The notes under the pieces: model-generated | What the model saw: only the letters and a program-made list of their open reading frames with translations | What the model was told of the DNA's origin: nothing | Databases searched by the model: none | Made by a program: the position numbers and the translations under genes | Origin: an uncultured delta proteobacterium | Lineage (GTDB): Bacteria; Myxococcota; Myxococcia; Myxococcales; Anaeromyxobacteraceae | Assembly: GCA_963754915.1 (NCBI GenBank) | Contig: CAVWHZ010000018.1 | Location: 279,827 to 343,826 of the forward strand | Reading direction: 5' to 3' | DNA length: 64,000 nucleotides | Part shown: positions 52,247-62,182 of the stretch, one piece after another | Position numbering within the stretch: position 1 is the first letter of the stretch | Layout: every line of letters begins with the position of its first letter

Positions 52247-52426
52247 CTATTTCCCAAGAACCTTCTCGACCTGGCCAAGTTTCTCCCGGACCCTGCCTGC
52301 GATCCTCTGATCCGTTCCCTTGGCCTCGAGGTCGCTGTTTCCGGTGATGCTCCCGGCAGCCTCCTTGACCTTGCCCTTCAGGACCTCAACCTTCCCCTTC
52401 ACTTGTTCCTTGGTGCTGAGCTTCAT
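52247..52426 (-). CDS. CsbD-family general stress protein, 59 aa; not in the supplied ORF track
   Basis: MKLSTKEQVKGKVEVLKGKVKEAAGSITGNSDLEAKGTDQRIAGRVREKLGQVEKVLGK; RBS AAGGGAG 8 nt upstream. Confidence 0.7.
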   Translation of the reverse strand: MKLSTKEQVKGKVEVLKGKVKEAAGSITGNSDLEAKGTDQRIAGRVREKLGQVEKVLGK

Positions 52427-52603
52427 GGCAAGACTCCCTTTCGTGATGATGAGACCGTGAGTGGTGCGTCATGGCATGGCCTTCACAGCGAAGATGCGCA
52501 GGGCGCGCTCCAATTGCTGCAGTCAGAGGGGTTGGACACCCGCAAGAGCAGCCTGCCGCCGAATATGTCGGTTGGGGTCGATGGCCGGTCTCCGTGGATC
52601 CCG

Positions 52604-54310
52604 TCAACCCGACAGAATGCCGAGACCGATACTGAACCGATATTGTGGATATGTCAGCGGCACGGCGTGGATTTGAGGGACCGGAACGGCAATGTTCAGG
52701 GGGTTGATGATGAGAAGAAGCGCTCGGGAGAGCTTCCACTCCAGCCCAAGAGGGCTTATCCCGCCGTAGAATCCGACTATCCCCTTGCTCGCCCCGTAGA
52801 GCTCCATCATCAGGTACGAAATGCCAAGGTTAACGGTTGTTCGCAGGTTGAAGTTCTCGTACGCCAGCGGAAACCGGAGGATGATTGTGCCATACGTGTT
52901 GATCGTCCCGGCCCGGACGGTGTGGGGTCCGTAGAAGGTGATCCATGGATTCCACTCGACATCCCATCCCAGAGTCCAGTGCGTGCTTACGCGGGCGCGA
53001 AGGCCCAGCTCCACGGCGAACGCCGGCTTGTCGACCGAGGCCGAAGCGCCGAGGTAGCCACCCCAGGCCCCTGCCGACGGATCGCTCGGGCCCGGCTGCG
53101 GCACCGGTACGGTGACCGGCGGCGGCGGCTCGTGCTTGTCGGTTGTGACGGAAGGCTCGCTAATTGCCGTTGGCGACTTGCTCGGCTCCGCAGCGCGCAC
53201 GTTGACGGCCGTGAGAGCGGTTGCGGTCGCAATCATGAACGCTGCGATGGTGAGCGCCCTTGCTCTCCGGCGACGAGCAAGGAGTGCGAGGGCGAGCAGG
53301 GTGCATGCCCCTCCCACGAGATCTAGCCCGCCCGAGGAACAACCGAGAAAGGTAGAGGGGGGGTCCTTGTACTGTCTTTCGGGCGCATCGCACCAGTTGT
53401 TGTCATAGGTACAACCGGGCGAGTAGCTGAGATAGGTGTCTAGCAAGCCATCCACCGCCGCCAGCTTCGCGTCGCCGGTAGCGGTTGGATCGAGCGTGAG
53501 TCGAAGGAGCGCGGCCGACGCCTGCGCCGCAAGTGCGTGCCTCGTCGTTCGAATAGCGTCGGGGTCATTGCAGGCATCGAGCGCGTGGGCATGCGCTGGC
53601 CCGTTGCTTGATTCGTTCAGAGTCCCATCGGCTTGATCGACCCAATCCAAGACCACCGTGACCTTCATCCCATCCGCGGTTCGATACGTGTGGGTGAAGC
53701 TATCTTCCAATGCGTGCATGGCCTGGCCGATGCGAACGTAATAGGTGGGAAGCGACGCCCCGATCTGGCCTCGGAGCGATAGGTAGACCGTGAGCGACGT
53801 TCGCTTGGTGAGATCGGGGGCGCCCTTTGCATCGAGTCCGGTGAGCGCGTCCACGACCCGTCCGCGAATGAACGCGCGACAAGCATTTACCGCGGCTTCG
53901 GACCCACCTGGCTCGTTCTGACCCTGATTTCGAAGGCAGTGTTCCTCCTGACTGTTGGGGTCCCCCTGAACTCCTGCCAGGTTGGTGAGATCGTCCGACG
54001 AACGCCCCTTCAGGTCGTTGTCCCGGACGCTCAAGAGAAGCGTCACGGCGCCTAGGTCTTTCATGTCCTGGTCAGGTGAGAACTCCAGGTCATCGACAAG
54101 GGCTTGCTCATTGGCCGTGAGGGGCAGAGGGGCAGCATTCGGAGTGTCGAGGCGCACTGCTCGAAGCGCCTCGGACGTCACCTTCTCGTGGCAGCCGGCC
54201 GTGACGATGGTCGATACCGTATAGGCACTTGCCGAAGTAGGTACGAGGAGTACTGACAGCGAAATCGCAGAAACGCGCGCCACGAGGGCACCCAGAGAAA
54301 CAGTCTTCAT
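52604..54310 (-). CDS. Secreted protein carrying an internal MYXO-CTERM-like sorting motif, followed in frame by ~205 more residues (second signal-like segment, Pro-rich linker, beta-rich domain)
   Basis: RBS AAGGAG before ATG 54310; signal MKTVSLGALVARVSAISLSVLLVPTSASA; ...FLGCSSGGLDLVGGACTLLALALLARRRRARA then LTIAAFMIATATALTAVNVRAAEP...; C-terminus ...YRFSIGLGILSG. Confidence 0.5.
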   Translation of the reverse strand: MKTVSLGALVARVSAISLSVLLVPTSASAYTVSTIVTAGCHEKVTSEALRAVRLDTPNAAPLPLTANEQALVDDLEFSPDQDMKDLGAVTLLLSVRDNDLKGRSSDDLTNLAGVQGDPNSQEEHCLRNQGQNEPGGSEAAVNACRAFIRGRVVDALTGLDAKGAPDLTKRTSLTVYLSLRGQIGASLPTYYVRIGQAMHALEDSFTHTYRTADGMKVTVVLDWVDQADGTLNESSNGPAHAHALDACNDPDAIRTTRHALAAQASAALLRLTLDPTATGDAKLAAVDGLLDTYLSYSPGCTYDNNWCDAPERQYKDPPSTFLGCSSGGLDLVGGACTLLALALLARRRRARALTIAAFMIATATALTAVNVRAAEPSKSPTAISEPSVTTDKHEPPPPVTVPVPQPGPSDPSAGAWGGYLGASASVDKPAFAVELGLRARVSTHWTLGWDVEWNPWITFYGPHTVRAGTINTYGTIILRFPLAYENFNLRTTVNLGISYLMMELYGASKGIVGFYGGISPLGLEWKLSRALLLIINPLNIAVPVPQIHAVPLTYPQYRFSIGLGILSG

Positions 54311-54837
54311 CGAGGTCTCTCCTTGTCGTGCCTTGCGGCAGGCGGTAGAGGCGCGCGGCGTTCGTCGTAGCCGGTTGACCTTAGTCGCCACGCTCACGGC
54401 GCGAGCGAGATTTTGATCCGCCCGAGCAAGGTCTGGCCTGGCCACTACGAGTGCGGCTAGCCGGAGCGGTTGCTCGCTCTCATCCGCTCTGCCGACGGTC
54501 CTCGCTTGCGGGTCGATGACCGGCAGCCTTTCAACGGCGAGCGCGCTCGTCTCCATTACTGGGCAATCCCTCTCTTCCTGCGTCGAGTAGGACGAGGGCC
54601 AAGCACGCGGACCGCCGCGCCGAAGTACCCCAGAGGCATCCACAAGCATTCGGCGGGCCACTGTGACGCAGTTGGACCACCGTCCCCGGCTGCCTGCGCG
54701 GCTTGCGGCGCAGCGGCCGCGGCGGTGGGGGCGGGGCGGCATGCGTGTTGCTTGGCGCAATGATCATAGAGACCCCGGAACCCAGCCGCGCGATGCGGAA
54801 ATGAGCGCTCGTGACTGGATTCCAGCGGTCACCGACC

Positions 54838-54860
54838 GTTCGCGAACGTTCGCGAACGCG
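54838..54860. promoter_or_regulatory. Site 3 of the recurring motif: GTTCGCGAACGTTCGCGAACGCG (a perfect tandem of the 10-bp palindrome GTTCGCGAAC), immediately 5' of the hybrid kinase start
   Basis: The motif ends at the GTG (54860) of the 4.2-kb kinase ORF. Confidence 0.55.
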
Positions 54861-57800
54861 TGAGAGAACGAATGAGCAAGCCAGTCACACCCGGCACCAG
54901 CGTGATTCCCAAGGCAGGCCGGCCCCACTCCCGGCGAACGGGATTGGCAAGCACATCGTTCCCCGTGGTGGGCGTTGGTGCGTCGGCCGGCGGGCTCGAT
55001 GCGTTTCGCCAACTCCTGGCGCACGTTCCGGAAGACGCGGGCCTTGCGCTTGTGCTCGTGCAACACCTGGAGCCGAAGCGGGCGAGCCTCCTGAGCGAGG
55101 CGCTAGGTCGCGCCACCAAGATGAAGGTCTCCCAGGCTGAGGACGGGGATCGGATCGAAGCCAATCGCGTGTACGTGATCCCGCCCGGTGCCCAGATGAC
55201 GATAGACCATGGCACCTTGCGACTGTCGCCCCGCAGCGGTGAGGTGCAGAGGCCGCACCTGCCCATCGACCACTTCTTTCGATCGTTGGCCGTCGATCGG
55301 GGAAGGCGTTCCATCGGCGTGGTCCTCTCGGGAACCGCGTCCGACGGGACCGAGGGGCTGGCTGCGATCCGAGAACATGGGGGGATCACCTTTGCTCAGG
55401 ACCCCCGGTCCGCGCGGTTCGGAGAGATGCCGCAAAACGCCATCACCGCCGGAGTGGTCGACTACAGCTTGCCGCTGCCCGCTCTTGGCGAGGAACTCAG
55501 CAGGCTGGCCCAGCACCCCTACTTGCGCAGGCTCGAGCCGGTGCCGCCCACGCCGGCCGGTGCGGCGTCCCTTGCGAAGATCTACGGTCTTGTGCGCGGC
55601 GCCTGCGGCGTTGATTTCGGCGAGTACAAGCCGGGGACGTTCAAGAGGCGACTCGCGCGCCGAATGGTGGTCCGGGGAGCGCGGGGCATCGCCGAGTACT
55701 TGTCCTTGCTCCGTGAGGACGCCGGCGAGGTCCGCGCCCTTCATGACGACCTGCTCATTCAGGTGACGTCGTTCTTCCGTGACAAGGATGGGTTCGAGGA
55801 ACTCAAGGAGACCGCGCTGCCACGCGTCCTGAAGGACAAGGCCGTCGGGGCGCCCATTCGCGCCTGGGTAGTAGGCTGCTCCACCGGCGAGGAGGCGTAT
55901 TCCCTCGCCATGTCGATCATCGAGTTCCTTGGCGAAGAGCGTGCAGTTCACCCCATTCTCGTCTTTGGCTCCGACTTGAGCAGCAAGGCGATCGAACATG
56001 CGCGCGCCGGGATGTACTCCGACGCCGCGATGCAGGAAGTCAGCGATGAGCGCCGCAGCCGCTTCTTCGTCAGGGCGGATCTGGGCTGGCGCGTCAACCA
56101 GGCGCTGCGCGAGCTATGCGTGTTTGCCCAGCACGACGTCGCGCGTGATCCCCCATTCTCGAAGCTCGATGTGGTGAGTTGCCGGAACGTCCTCATCTAT
56201 TTCGGCCATGGGCTACAGCGGCGAGTCCTTACGACCTTCCATCACTGTCTGAACCAGCCCGGGTACCTCCTGCTCGGTCGCAGTGAGAACGTCTCTGGCG
56301 CTCCGCGACTCTTTGCGCCAGCCACGCCGAGCGGCAAGCTCTTCGCGCGCGAGGCTGTGCAGAGCACCTTCCGGCTCATGCCCCGTGTCGCTGCGAGCCC
56401 CTCGGCGCACGGTCCATTCGCGGGGGAGACGACCGGCCACACGCGAAGCGATGGAGGCCTGGCGCAGCACGTCGATGCCATCGTGCTGGGGCGATATGGA
56501 CCGCCCGGAGTCGTGGTGAACGACCGGCTCGAGGTCGTGCAATTTCGGGGGCGCACGGGACCCTACCTGGAGCCTCCCGCAGGGGAGCCGCAGACCAATG
56601 TTCTCAAGATGGCGCGGGCCGGGCTTCGCGGCCCGCTTCGAGTAGCTCTCTCCCAGGCTCGGAAGACCTCCGCGGTCGTACGGAAGGAGCACGTTGACGT
56701 AGACCTCGACGGTTCCCGGCGCACTTTCGATCTCCTTGTGCTGCCCTCCCGGATGTCCGGGACTAGCGACGAGCGGTTGTTCGTGGTGCTTTTCGAGGAG
56801 CGCGCCTCAAGGCCGGCGAAGCGCTCGGGAAAGCTGCGTCGCCAGGGCGCGGCGCCCGGCGACCCGGGCGCATCGCTCCGGCTCGAGGCGGAACTCGCAG
56901 TGACCCAGGAATCCCTCGGTTCCCTCATCGAGGAGCACGGCCGCGCGAACGACGAGCTTGCATCCGCCAACACGGAGTTCGTCTCGGTGAACGAGGAGCT
57001 CCAGAGCATGAACGAGGAGCTGGAGACGGCGAAGGAAGAGCTGCAGGCCACGAACGAGGAGCTCACGACGGTGAACGACGAGCTCAATGGGCGCAACCAG
57101 GAACTGCAGCTCGTCAACACCGACCTCGTGAACCTGCTCGAGACCGTCGACATCCCCATCATCATTCTCGACGCGAGCCGGCGGATCCGCCGCTTCACGC
57201 CACAGGCGGGCGCGTTCCTAAAACTGACTTCGGCGGCCGTTGGGGAGCCGATCGGGACCGTCGCGCTTCATTTGCATGCCCCGGACCTAGAGCTCTGGGT
57301 CGCACAGACCATGCAAACCGGTGCGATGGTGGAGTCGGAAGTTCAGGACCGTGCCGACCGCTGGCACCGAATGCAGATCCGTCCCCACCGCGCGCTGGAC
57401 GGCCGTGCCGACGGGGCCATCATCTCGCTCGTGGATATCCACGCCCTGAAGCACGATGTCGCGGATGCCGAGTGGGAGCGCGACTATGCCCGCAACATCG
57501 TCGAGGCAGTGCAAATTCCACTCGTCGTCATCGACGGGCAACTCGGTATCATATCGGCGAACGAGGCCTTTTTCACGACCCTGGGTATGACCTCGGCGCA
57601 AGTCGAGGGACATGGCTTCTTCGAAATCGGCGGCTGCTGCTGGGACACCCCAGAGCTGCGGCGCTCCCTCGGGCAGGTGCTCGCTGAGGACGCACACTTC
57701 CGGGGGCTTGAGATCGAGCGCGACTTCCCCGGGGCAGGGCACCGGACGATGTCCCTCAGTGCGCGCTCGGTCAAATCGCGGACGGCGACGAACATGATCC

Positions 57801-59077
57801 TCCTCGCTATCGAGGATGTCACTGAGCGGATCCAGGGGGAGAAGCTTCGGGCGGAGCTGCTCGAACGGGCCGAGCGGGCTCAGAACCTCGCCGAGCACGC
57901 GAACGAGGCCAAGGACCACTTCCTTGCCATGCTCTCGCACGAACTCCGCACTCCGCTAACGTCCCTCCTCCTACAGGCAGAGCTATTGCGCGCGGGCATT
58001 CTCGACCCGGCGAAGCTGAAGCGGGTGAGCGCGACCATCGAGCGCAGCGCGAAGCTCCAGCTGAAGCTCGTCGACGAGCTGCTGGATGTGTCCCGCATCA
58101 TCGCCGGCAAGCTGCGCATCGAGGATCAGTGGGTGGATCTGGGGCAAGTGGTCCTGGCGGCTCTCGAGTTCCTGAAGGGGCCAGCAGAGGCGAAGTCCTT
58201 GCGGGTTGCGACCGATGTCCGGGCCGCGGTCCCCCGCTTCCGCGGCGATCCTGTGCGCCTCCAGCAGGTCGTCGCGAACCTGCTCGCCAACTCCATCAAG
58301 GCCTCCCCCGAAGGCGGTTACCTTGGGGTGAAACTCGAACGTGTGGATGGAAGTGCGCGTCTCACGGTAACCGACACGGGGCGTGGGATTGGTCCCGAGT
58401 TGCTACCCCGAATCTTCGACCGGTTTGTGCAGGGCGATGGGGGGCACACGAGCCATGGGGGCCTTGGACTCGGGTTGGCCATCGCGCGCCACATCGTGGA
58501 ACTTCACGGCGGAACCATCCAGGCGGAGAGCCCGGGGAGAGGCCTTGGCGCGACCTTCACGGCCACGCTTCCCCTGCGCGACGCGAAGGACGTGCCCCTT
58601 GACGGCACCGGTGAACGGAGTGCGGCTGAGAACGCCGGCCACTCCGCGGCGGACGGGCAAGGTCTCGCGGCGGTGCGAGTCCTGGTTATCGACGATGACG
58701 TCGTTCGAGAGACCGTCGCCGACTTACTCACCCGAGAGGGCGCTGAGGTCAGCACCTGCGCGTCGGTTGAAGCCGGCCTCATAGCGGTGGAGGCCTTTCA
58801 TCCGGACGTCATTGTGTGTGACATCGCCATGCCCAACGCCGACGGCTACGACTTCATCGGAAGGCTTCGGGCGGGGGACGGCGGGCGGGAGAACAACATT
58901 CCCGCCATTGCCTTCACGGCGCTCGCTGGTGACGGGGAACGTGATCGCTGCCTTGCCGCGGGGTTTCAGGCGCACCTGGCAAAGCCCGCGTCGGGCGCCG
59001 CCCTTCTTGTTCTCCTTCAATCCGTTCTTGGCCGGTCGAAAGGTGCCCTTCAGCGCGGGACCTCTCGCGCGAACTGA
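54860..59077 (+). CDS. CheB methylesterase / CheR methyltransferase fusion with PAS domains, HisKA/HATPase kinase core and C-terminal receiver (hybrid sensor kinase, 1405 aa)
   Basis: CheB: VVGVGASAGGLDAF...GTASDGTEG. CheR: GEYKPGTFKRRL...AWVVGCSTGEEAYSLAMS. Coiled-coil NEEL repeats. H-box FLAMLSHELRTPLTS. G-boxes DTGRGIGPE...GGLGLGLAI. REC: VLVIDDDVV...DVIVCDIAMPNADGYDF...AKP. Confidence 0.85.
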   Translation: MRERMSKPVTPGTSVIPKAGRPHSRRTGLASTSFPVVGVGASAGGLDAFRQLLAHVPEDAGLALVLVQHLEPKRASLLSEALGRATKMKVSQAEDGDRIEANRVYVIPPGAQMTIDHGTLRLSPRSGEVQRPHLPIDHFFRSLAVDRGRRSIGVVLSGTASDGTEGLAAIREHGGITFAQDPRSARFGEMPQNAITAGVVDYSLPLPALGEELSRLAQHPYLRRLEPVPPTPAGAASLAKIYGLVRGACGVDFGEYKPGTFKRRLARRMVVRGARGIAEYLSLLREDAGEVRALHDDLLIQVTSFFRDKDGFEELKETALPRVLKDKAVGAPIRAWVVGCSTGEEAYSLAMSIIEFLGEERAVHPILVFGSDLSSKAIEHARAGMYSDAAMQEVSDERRSRFFVRADLGWRVNQALRELCVFAQHDVARDPPFSKLDVVSCRNVLIYFGHGLQRRVLTTFHHCLNQPGYLLLGRSENVSGAPRLFAPATPSGKLFAREAVQSTFRLMPRVAASPSAHGPFAGETTGHTRSDGGLAQHVDAIVLGRYGPPGVVVNDRLEVVQFRGRTGPYLEPPAGEPQTNVLKMARAGLRGPLRVALSQARKTSAVVRKEHVDVDLDGSRRTFDLLVLPSRMSGTSDERLFVVLFEERASRPAKRSGKLRRQGAAPGDPGASLRLEAELAVTQESLGSLIEEHGRANDELASANTEFVSVNEELQSMNEELETAKEELQATNEELTTVNDELNGRNQELQLVNTDLVNLLETVDIPIIILDASRRIRRFTPQAGAFLKLTSAAVGEPIGTVALHLHAPDLELWVAQTMQTGAMVESEVQDRADRWHRMQIRPHRALDGRADGAIISLVDIHALKHDVADAEWERDYARNIVEAVQIPLVVIDGQLGIISANEAFFTTLGMTSAQVEGHGFFEIGGCCWDTPELRRSLGQVLAEDAHFRGLEIERDFPGAGHRTMSLSARSVKSRTATNMILLAIEDVTERIQGEKLRAELLERAERAQNLAEHANEAKDHFLAMLSHELRTPLTSLLLQAELLRAGILDPAKLKRVSATIERSAKLQLKLVDELLDVSRIIAGKLRIEDQWVDLGQVVLAALEFLKGPAEAKSLRVATDVRAAVPRFRGDPVRLQQVVANLLANSIKASPEGGYLGVKLERVDGSARLTVTDTGRGIGPELLPRIFDRFVQGDGGHTSHGGLGLGLAIARHIVELHGGTIQAESPGRGLGATFTATLPLRDAKDVPLDGTGERSAAENAGHSAADGQGLAAVRVLVIDDDVVRETVADLLTREGAEVSTCASVEAGLIAVEAFHPDVIVCDIAMPNADGYDFIGRLRAGDGGRENNIPAIAFTALAGDGERDRCLAAGFQAHLAKPASGAALLVLLQSVLGRSKGALQRGTSRAN

Positions 59078-59128
59078 GGCGCTCGCTGCTGAGCGGCCTC
59101 TGGTCCCTATGGGGGCTTTTAGCCCTGA

Positions 59129-59163
59129 CCCCGAACGTTCGCTCTTACGCCCCGAACGTTCAG
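59129..59163. promoter_or_regulatory. Site 4 of the recurring motif, a variant: CCGAACGTTCGCTCTTACGCCCCGAACGTTCAGG (direct repeat of CCCGAACGTTC, period 22)
   Basis: Intergenic between the hybrid kinase and the sigma54 EBP; a TAGAAT hexamer lies ~25 nt downstream. Confidence 0.45.
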
Positions 59164-59249
59164 GGCGCCTACGGTCGTCGGCTGCTAGAATGTTGTCGCT
59201 CCCCTAGGCGCCTACCATTTCGGTCCGCCCCTCCCGGTGCGGAGAATCT

Positions 59250-60566
59250 ATGCTACTGCGGAGCCCCGAGGTACGGGCGCGAGCGCCCGATGCGCCGCTC
59301 CAGCGGGCGCTTGTCTTGGCCTTCCCTCGCGACAGCCGTCGCGCGACGCAGAGCCGCGCAATTCCTCGCGAAGGTGTGGTTCTCGGGCGCGGCGTCTCAG
59401 TGTTCGACCGCCCATTCGACGACCCAGAGATGTCGATCCAGCACGCCGAGATCAGGATCGAGAGCGGGACCGCCAACATACGAGATCTCGGGAGCCAGGC
59501 GGGTACGGGGATCAACGGCCAACTGCTGCACGGTACGCACCCTCTTGTTCAAGGGGACGTGCTGCGCGTTGGCGACACCTTGGTCGTCTACTCGCGCTCG
59601 ACTGGCGCGGAAGAGGACGAACCCAAGGCCGGTGAGGAGCCAGAGCTCACGGGCATGAGCCCCTCGATCGCGGCCATCCGGCGCAGCATCGACGCCGTCG
59701 CGCCGCACAGGCGTACGGTGGTCATCACTGGTGAGACCGGCACCGGTAAGGAGATCGTTGCGCGCCAGGTTCACCGCCACAGCGGCAGGTCGGGGCCGTT
59801 CGTGGCCGTGAGCTGCGGCGCGTTCACCGAGGGCTTGCTCGCGAGCGAGCTGTTCGGCCATGTCCGCGGCGCCTTCACGGGCGCCGTGCAGGCCCAGCAG
59901 GGCCTCTTCCGATCCGCTCGCGGAGGGACGCTGCTCCTCGACGACGTCGCAGAGATCCCCCTGTCGCTCCAGCCAACGCTCCTGCGCGTGCTGGAGACCT
60001 GGCAGGTTCGCCCGGTTGGAAGCACGCGCGACGTCGACATCGATGTACGGGTCGTCGCCACTACCAATCGCGAACTCCTTGCCATGGTGCAGGAGGGGCT
60101 GTTCCGATCGGACTTGTACGCGCGGCTGGCGCAGTGGACCATCCGGCTGCCGCCGCTGCGGGAGCGGCGCGAGGACATCCCGGCGCTAACGAACGCCCTC
60201 CTCGGACGGTGTGACGCCCCGGGTCGGCCACTCACGCCGGATCTTCAGGAGGCGCTGCTAATCCACGACTGGCCGATGAACGTGCGTTGGCTACTCAACG
60301 TACTGTCGGTTGCGGTCATCGCGACGCCGAGCGGCGCACTGGCGCTCAGCGAGGAGGTGCTGTCAGCTCTTCGGAGGGACCTCCCAGAAAGCGCGGTTCC
60401 CCAGCGCGAAGCTCAGATGCCCGGCAAGGCGGGCCTGGAGGAGCTCCTCGGCCGCTTCCACGGTCGGGTAGCTGAGATGGCGCGCCACCTGGGAATCACG
60501 AGACCCAAGCTTTACCGGGCCCTCTGGGCCGAGGGCCTCGAGCCGGGGCAATTTCGCGGACGCTGA
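59250..60566 (+). CDS. Sigma54-dependent transcriptional activator (EBP) with N-terminal FHA domain
   Basis: FHA: GRGVSVFDRPFDDPEMSIQHAEIRIESGTANIRDLGSQAGTGINGQLL. AAA+ core: ITGETGTGKEIVARQVH...GAFTGA...; C-terminal HTH. Confidence 0.85.
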   Translation: MLLRSPEVRARAPDAPLQRALVLAFPRDSRRATQSRAIPREGVVLGRGVSVFDRPFDDPEMSIQHAEIRIESGTANIRDLGSQAGTGINGQLLHGTHPLVQGDVLRVGDTLVVYSRSTGAEEDEPKAGEEPELTGMSPSIAAIRRSIDAVAPHRRTVVITGETGTGKEIVARQVHRHSGRSGPFVAVSCGAFTEGLLASELFGHVRGAFTGAVQAQQGLFRSARGGTLLLDDVAEIPLSLQPTLLRVLETWQVRPVGSTRDVDIDVRVVATTNRELLAMVQEGLFRSDLYARLAQWTIRLPPLRERREDIPALTNALLGRCDAPGRPLTPDLQEALLIHDWPMNVRWLLNVLSVAVIATPSGALALSEEVLSALRRDLPESAVPQREAQMPGKAGLEELLGRFHGRVAEMARHLGITRPKLYRALWAEGLEPGQFRGR

Positions 60567-60768
60567 GCCGCCGGGCTGCTCCCTAACAGCGAACCGCTAA
60601 TGGGCACGATTCTGGCACTACATGAACCTGAAACAGGTGCCGCGAGGAAGAAGGTCCCTCCAGATGGGCCCGCGTGAGCCATCGCCCTCCCCGACGGGGG
60701 CAGACTCGCCGCGTGCCACCCTGACCGACGTAAACGGCTCAACGGGATGAAAGGCGGCGAGATCAAGG

Positions 60769-61494
60769 ATGAGAACCAGCGGCGGCAGGGGCAGTCGAGA
60801 CCTCGAGGACCTGTCGCATTACTTCAAGGAACTCCAGAAGTATCGGCCGCTGACGCGAATCGAAGAGCACACGCTTGCCGTGCGAGCCGGCCAGGGTGAC
60901 GCCTCCGCCGAGCAGAAGCTCGTTCGACACAACTTAGCCATTGTCGTTGCCATCGCACGCAACCAGCGCCGCGGCACCGTCCGGCTAGACGACCTGGTCC
61001 AGGAGGGGAGTGTTGGCCTCATGCGCGCAGTCCGGAAGTTTGACCCACACGCTGGGACACGGTTCTCCACCTACGCCGTTTGGTGGATCCGAGCGTACGT
61101 GGGCAAGTACTTGAAGGAGGCACGCTCGACGGTGCGTCCCCGGAGCGGGGCCACTGCGCAAACTGACGTTTCTCTCGACGGCGCCGTGAGCGACCAGTCG
61201 GAAGCGACCCACCTCGAGCTTCTCGAGGACGACGGCATCGGTCCGGAAGGTCACTATCTCTCAATCGAGAGCGACCGAGCGGTGCGCGACGCTCTTGCCA
61301 AGGTGCGCAAGCGCATCGGTTCGCTTGGCTGGGACATCCTTCGCGACAGGCTGCAGGAAGACTCTCCCAAGACGCTCGCCGAACTTGGCGAGCGGTGGAA
61401 CGTGTCCCGCGAGCGGGTCCGCCAAGTCGAACTCAGGACGAAGCTCTTCCTGCGTGGTTATCTCAAGCCCTTGTCGGTCGAGACAGCCGCATAG
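60769..61494 (+). CDS. Sigma-70-family RNA polymerase sigma factor (~241 aa; regions 2 and 4 clear)
   Basis: Region 2: LVRHNLAIVVAIARNQRRGTVRLDDLVQEGSVGLMRAVRKFD...FSTYAVWWIRAYV. Region 4: TLAELGERWNVSRERVRQVELRTKLFL. Confidence 0.75.
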   Translation: MRTSGGRGSRDLEDLSHYFKELQKYRPLTRIEEHTLAVRAGQGDASAEQKLVRHNLAIVVAIARNQRRGTVRLDDLVQEGSVGLMRAVRKFDPHAGTRFSTYAVWWIRAYVGKYLKEARSTVRPRSGATAQTDVSLDGAVSDQSEATHLELLEDDGIGPEGHYLSIESDRAVRDALAKVRKRIGSLGWDILRDRLQEDSPKTLAELGERWNVSRERVRQVELRTKLFLRGYLKPLSVETAA

Positions 61495-62048
61495 GTCGTC
61501 TGGGGACAATGCGCAGTCTGGGGCCAACTGTGATCTCTCCCGCGCCCGCGCTCAACAAGCTCCTCCAGCGCTTGCCATGGCCGGGCTCAATATCGAACTG
61601 GCTGACGAGGCGGGGCGAAGCGCCCACGGAATCGGGCCCTGTTCTCTGCTGGGCCGTGTACCTTGAGACGCCGGCGCCCGGAGGCTCCTCAGTCGAGATG
61701 GTTGGTCTCTATGCTTCTGAGCAGAACGCCCAATCCGCCCTGGCCCTCTGGGAAGCTGAGCTGGCGACGCCCTTTGCGCATGGAGCGCGCCCGTCCTCGC
61801 AGCAACCCGATTCTTAGCGCGAGCCATGTCGCCGCCCTCCCGGGCTTGTAGATCTCGGGGGACTCTATCGAGGCGAGTGGACGTACCCAAGGCTCGATGT
61901 GTCGGCGTTGCTCGGGCGGCTTGCGCGTCTGTGCGAGCGCGACGTGCTGGCTAGGACCTACGCCTCGGAGAGGGCCCTTGTGAGGTGTAACAGCAGCGTC
62001 GGTGCTCTCAGGACGGGCACATGACACTGGCCTTAAGCCCTTCTCGTC

Positions 62049-62070
62049 GTTCGCGAACGTTCACGAACGC
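62049..62070. promoter_or_regulatory. Site 5 of the recurring motif: GTTCGCGAACGTTCACGAACGC
   Basis: Intergenic, ~110 bp upstream of the lmo0937-type small membrane protein gene and ~400 bp upstream of the second SYLF gene. Confidence 0.5.
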
Positions 62071-62182
62071 TCCGAGCGATCCAAATGGGTAGCGAGCAAA
62101 GCCGCCGTATCGGCCGCTTAGCCGCGCAACGCGATGGGCACGATGGATGCTCTAGAGGTGATCAACTCTGAAAGGAGCCATC

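Noticed and set aside
61509-61817. Possible 102-aa ORF downstream of the sigma factor (MRSLGPTVISPAPALNKLLQRLPW…)
   Set aside because: Overlaps the sigma gene end in another frame, no RBS, no recognisable domain; could be a small partner such as an anti-sigma, but the support is too weak to call.
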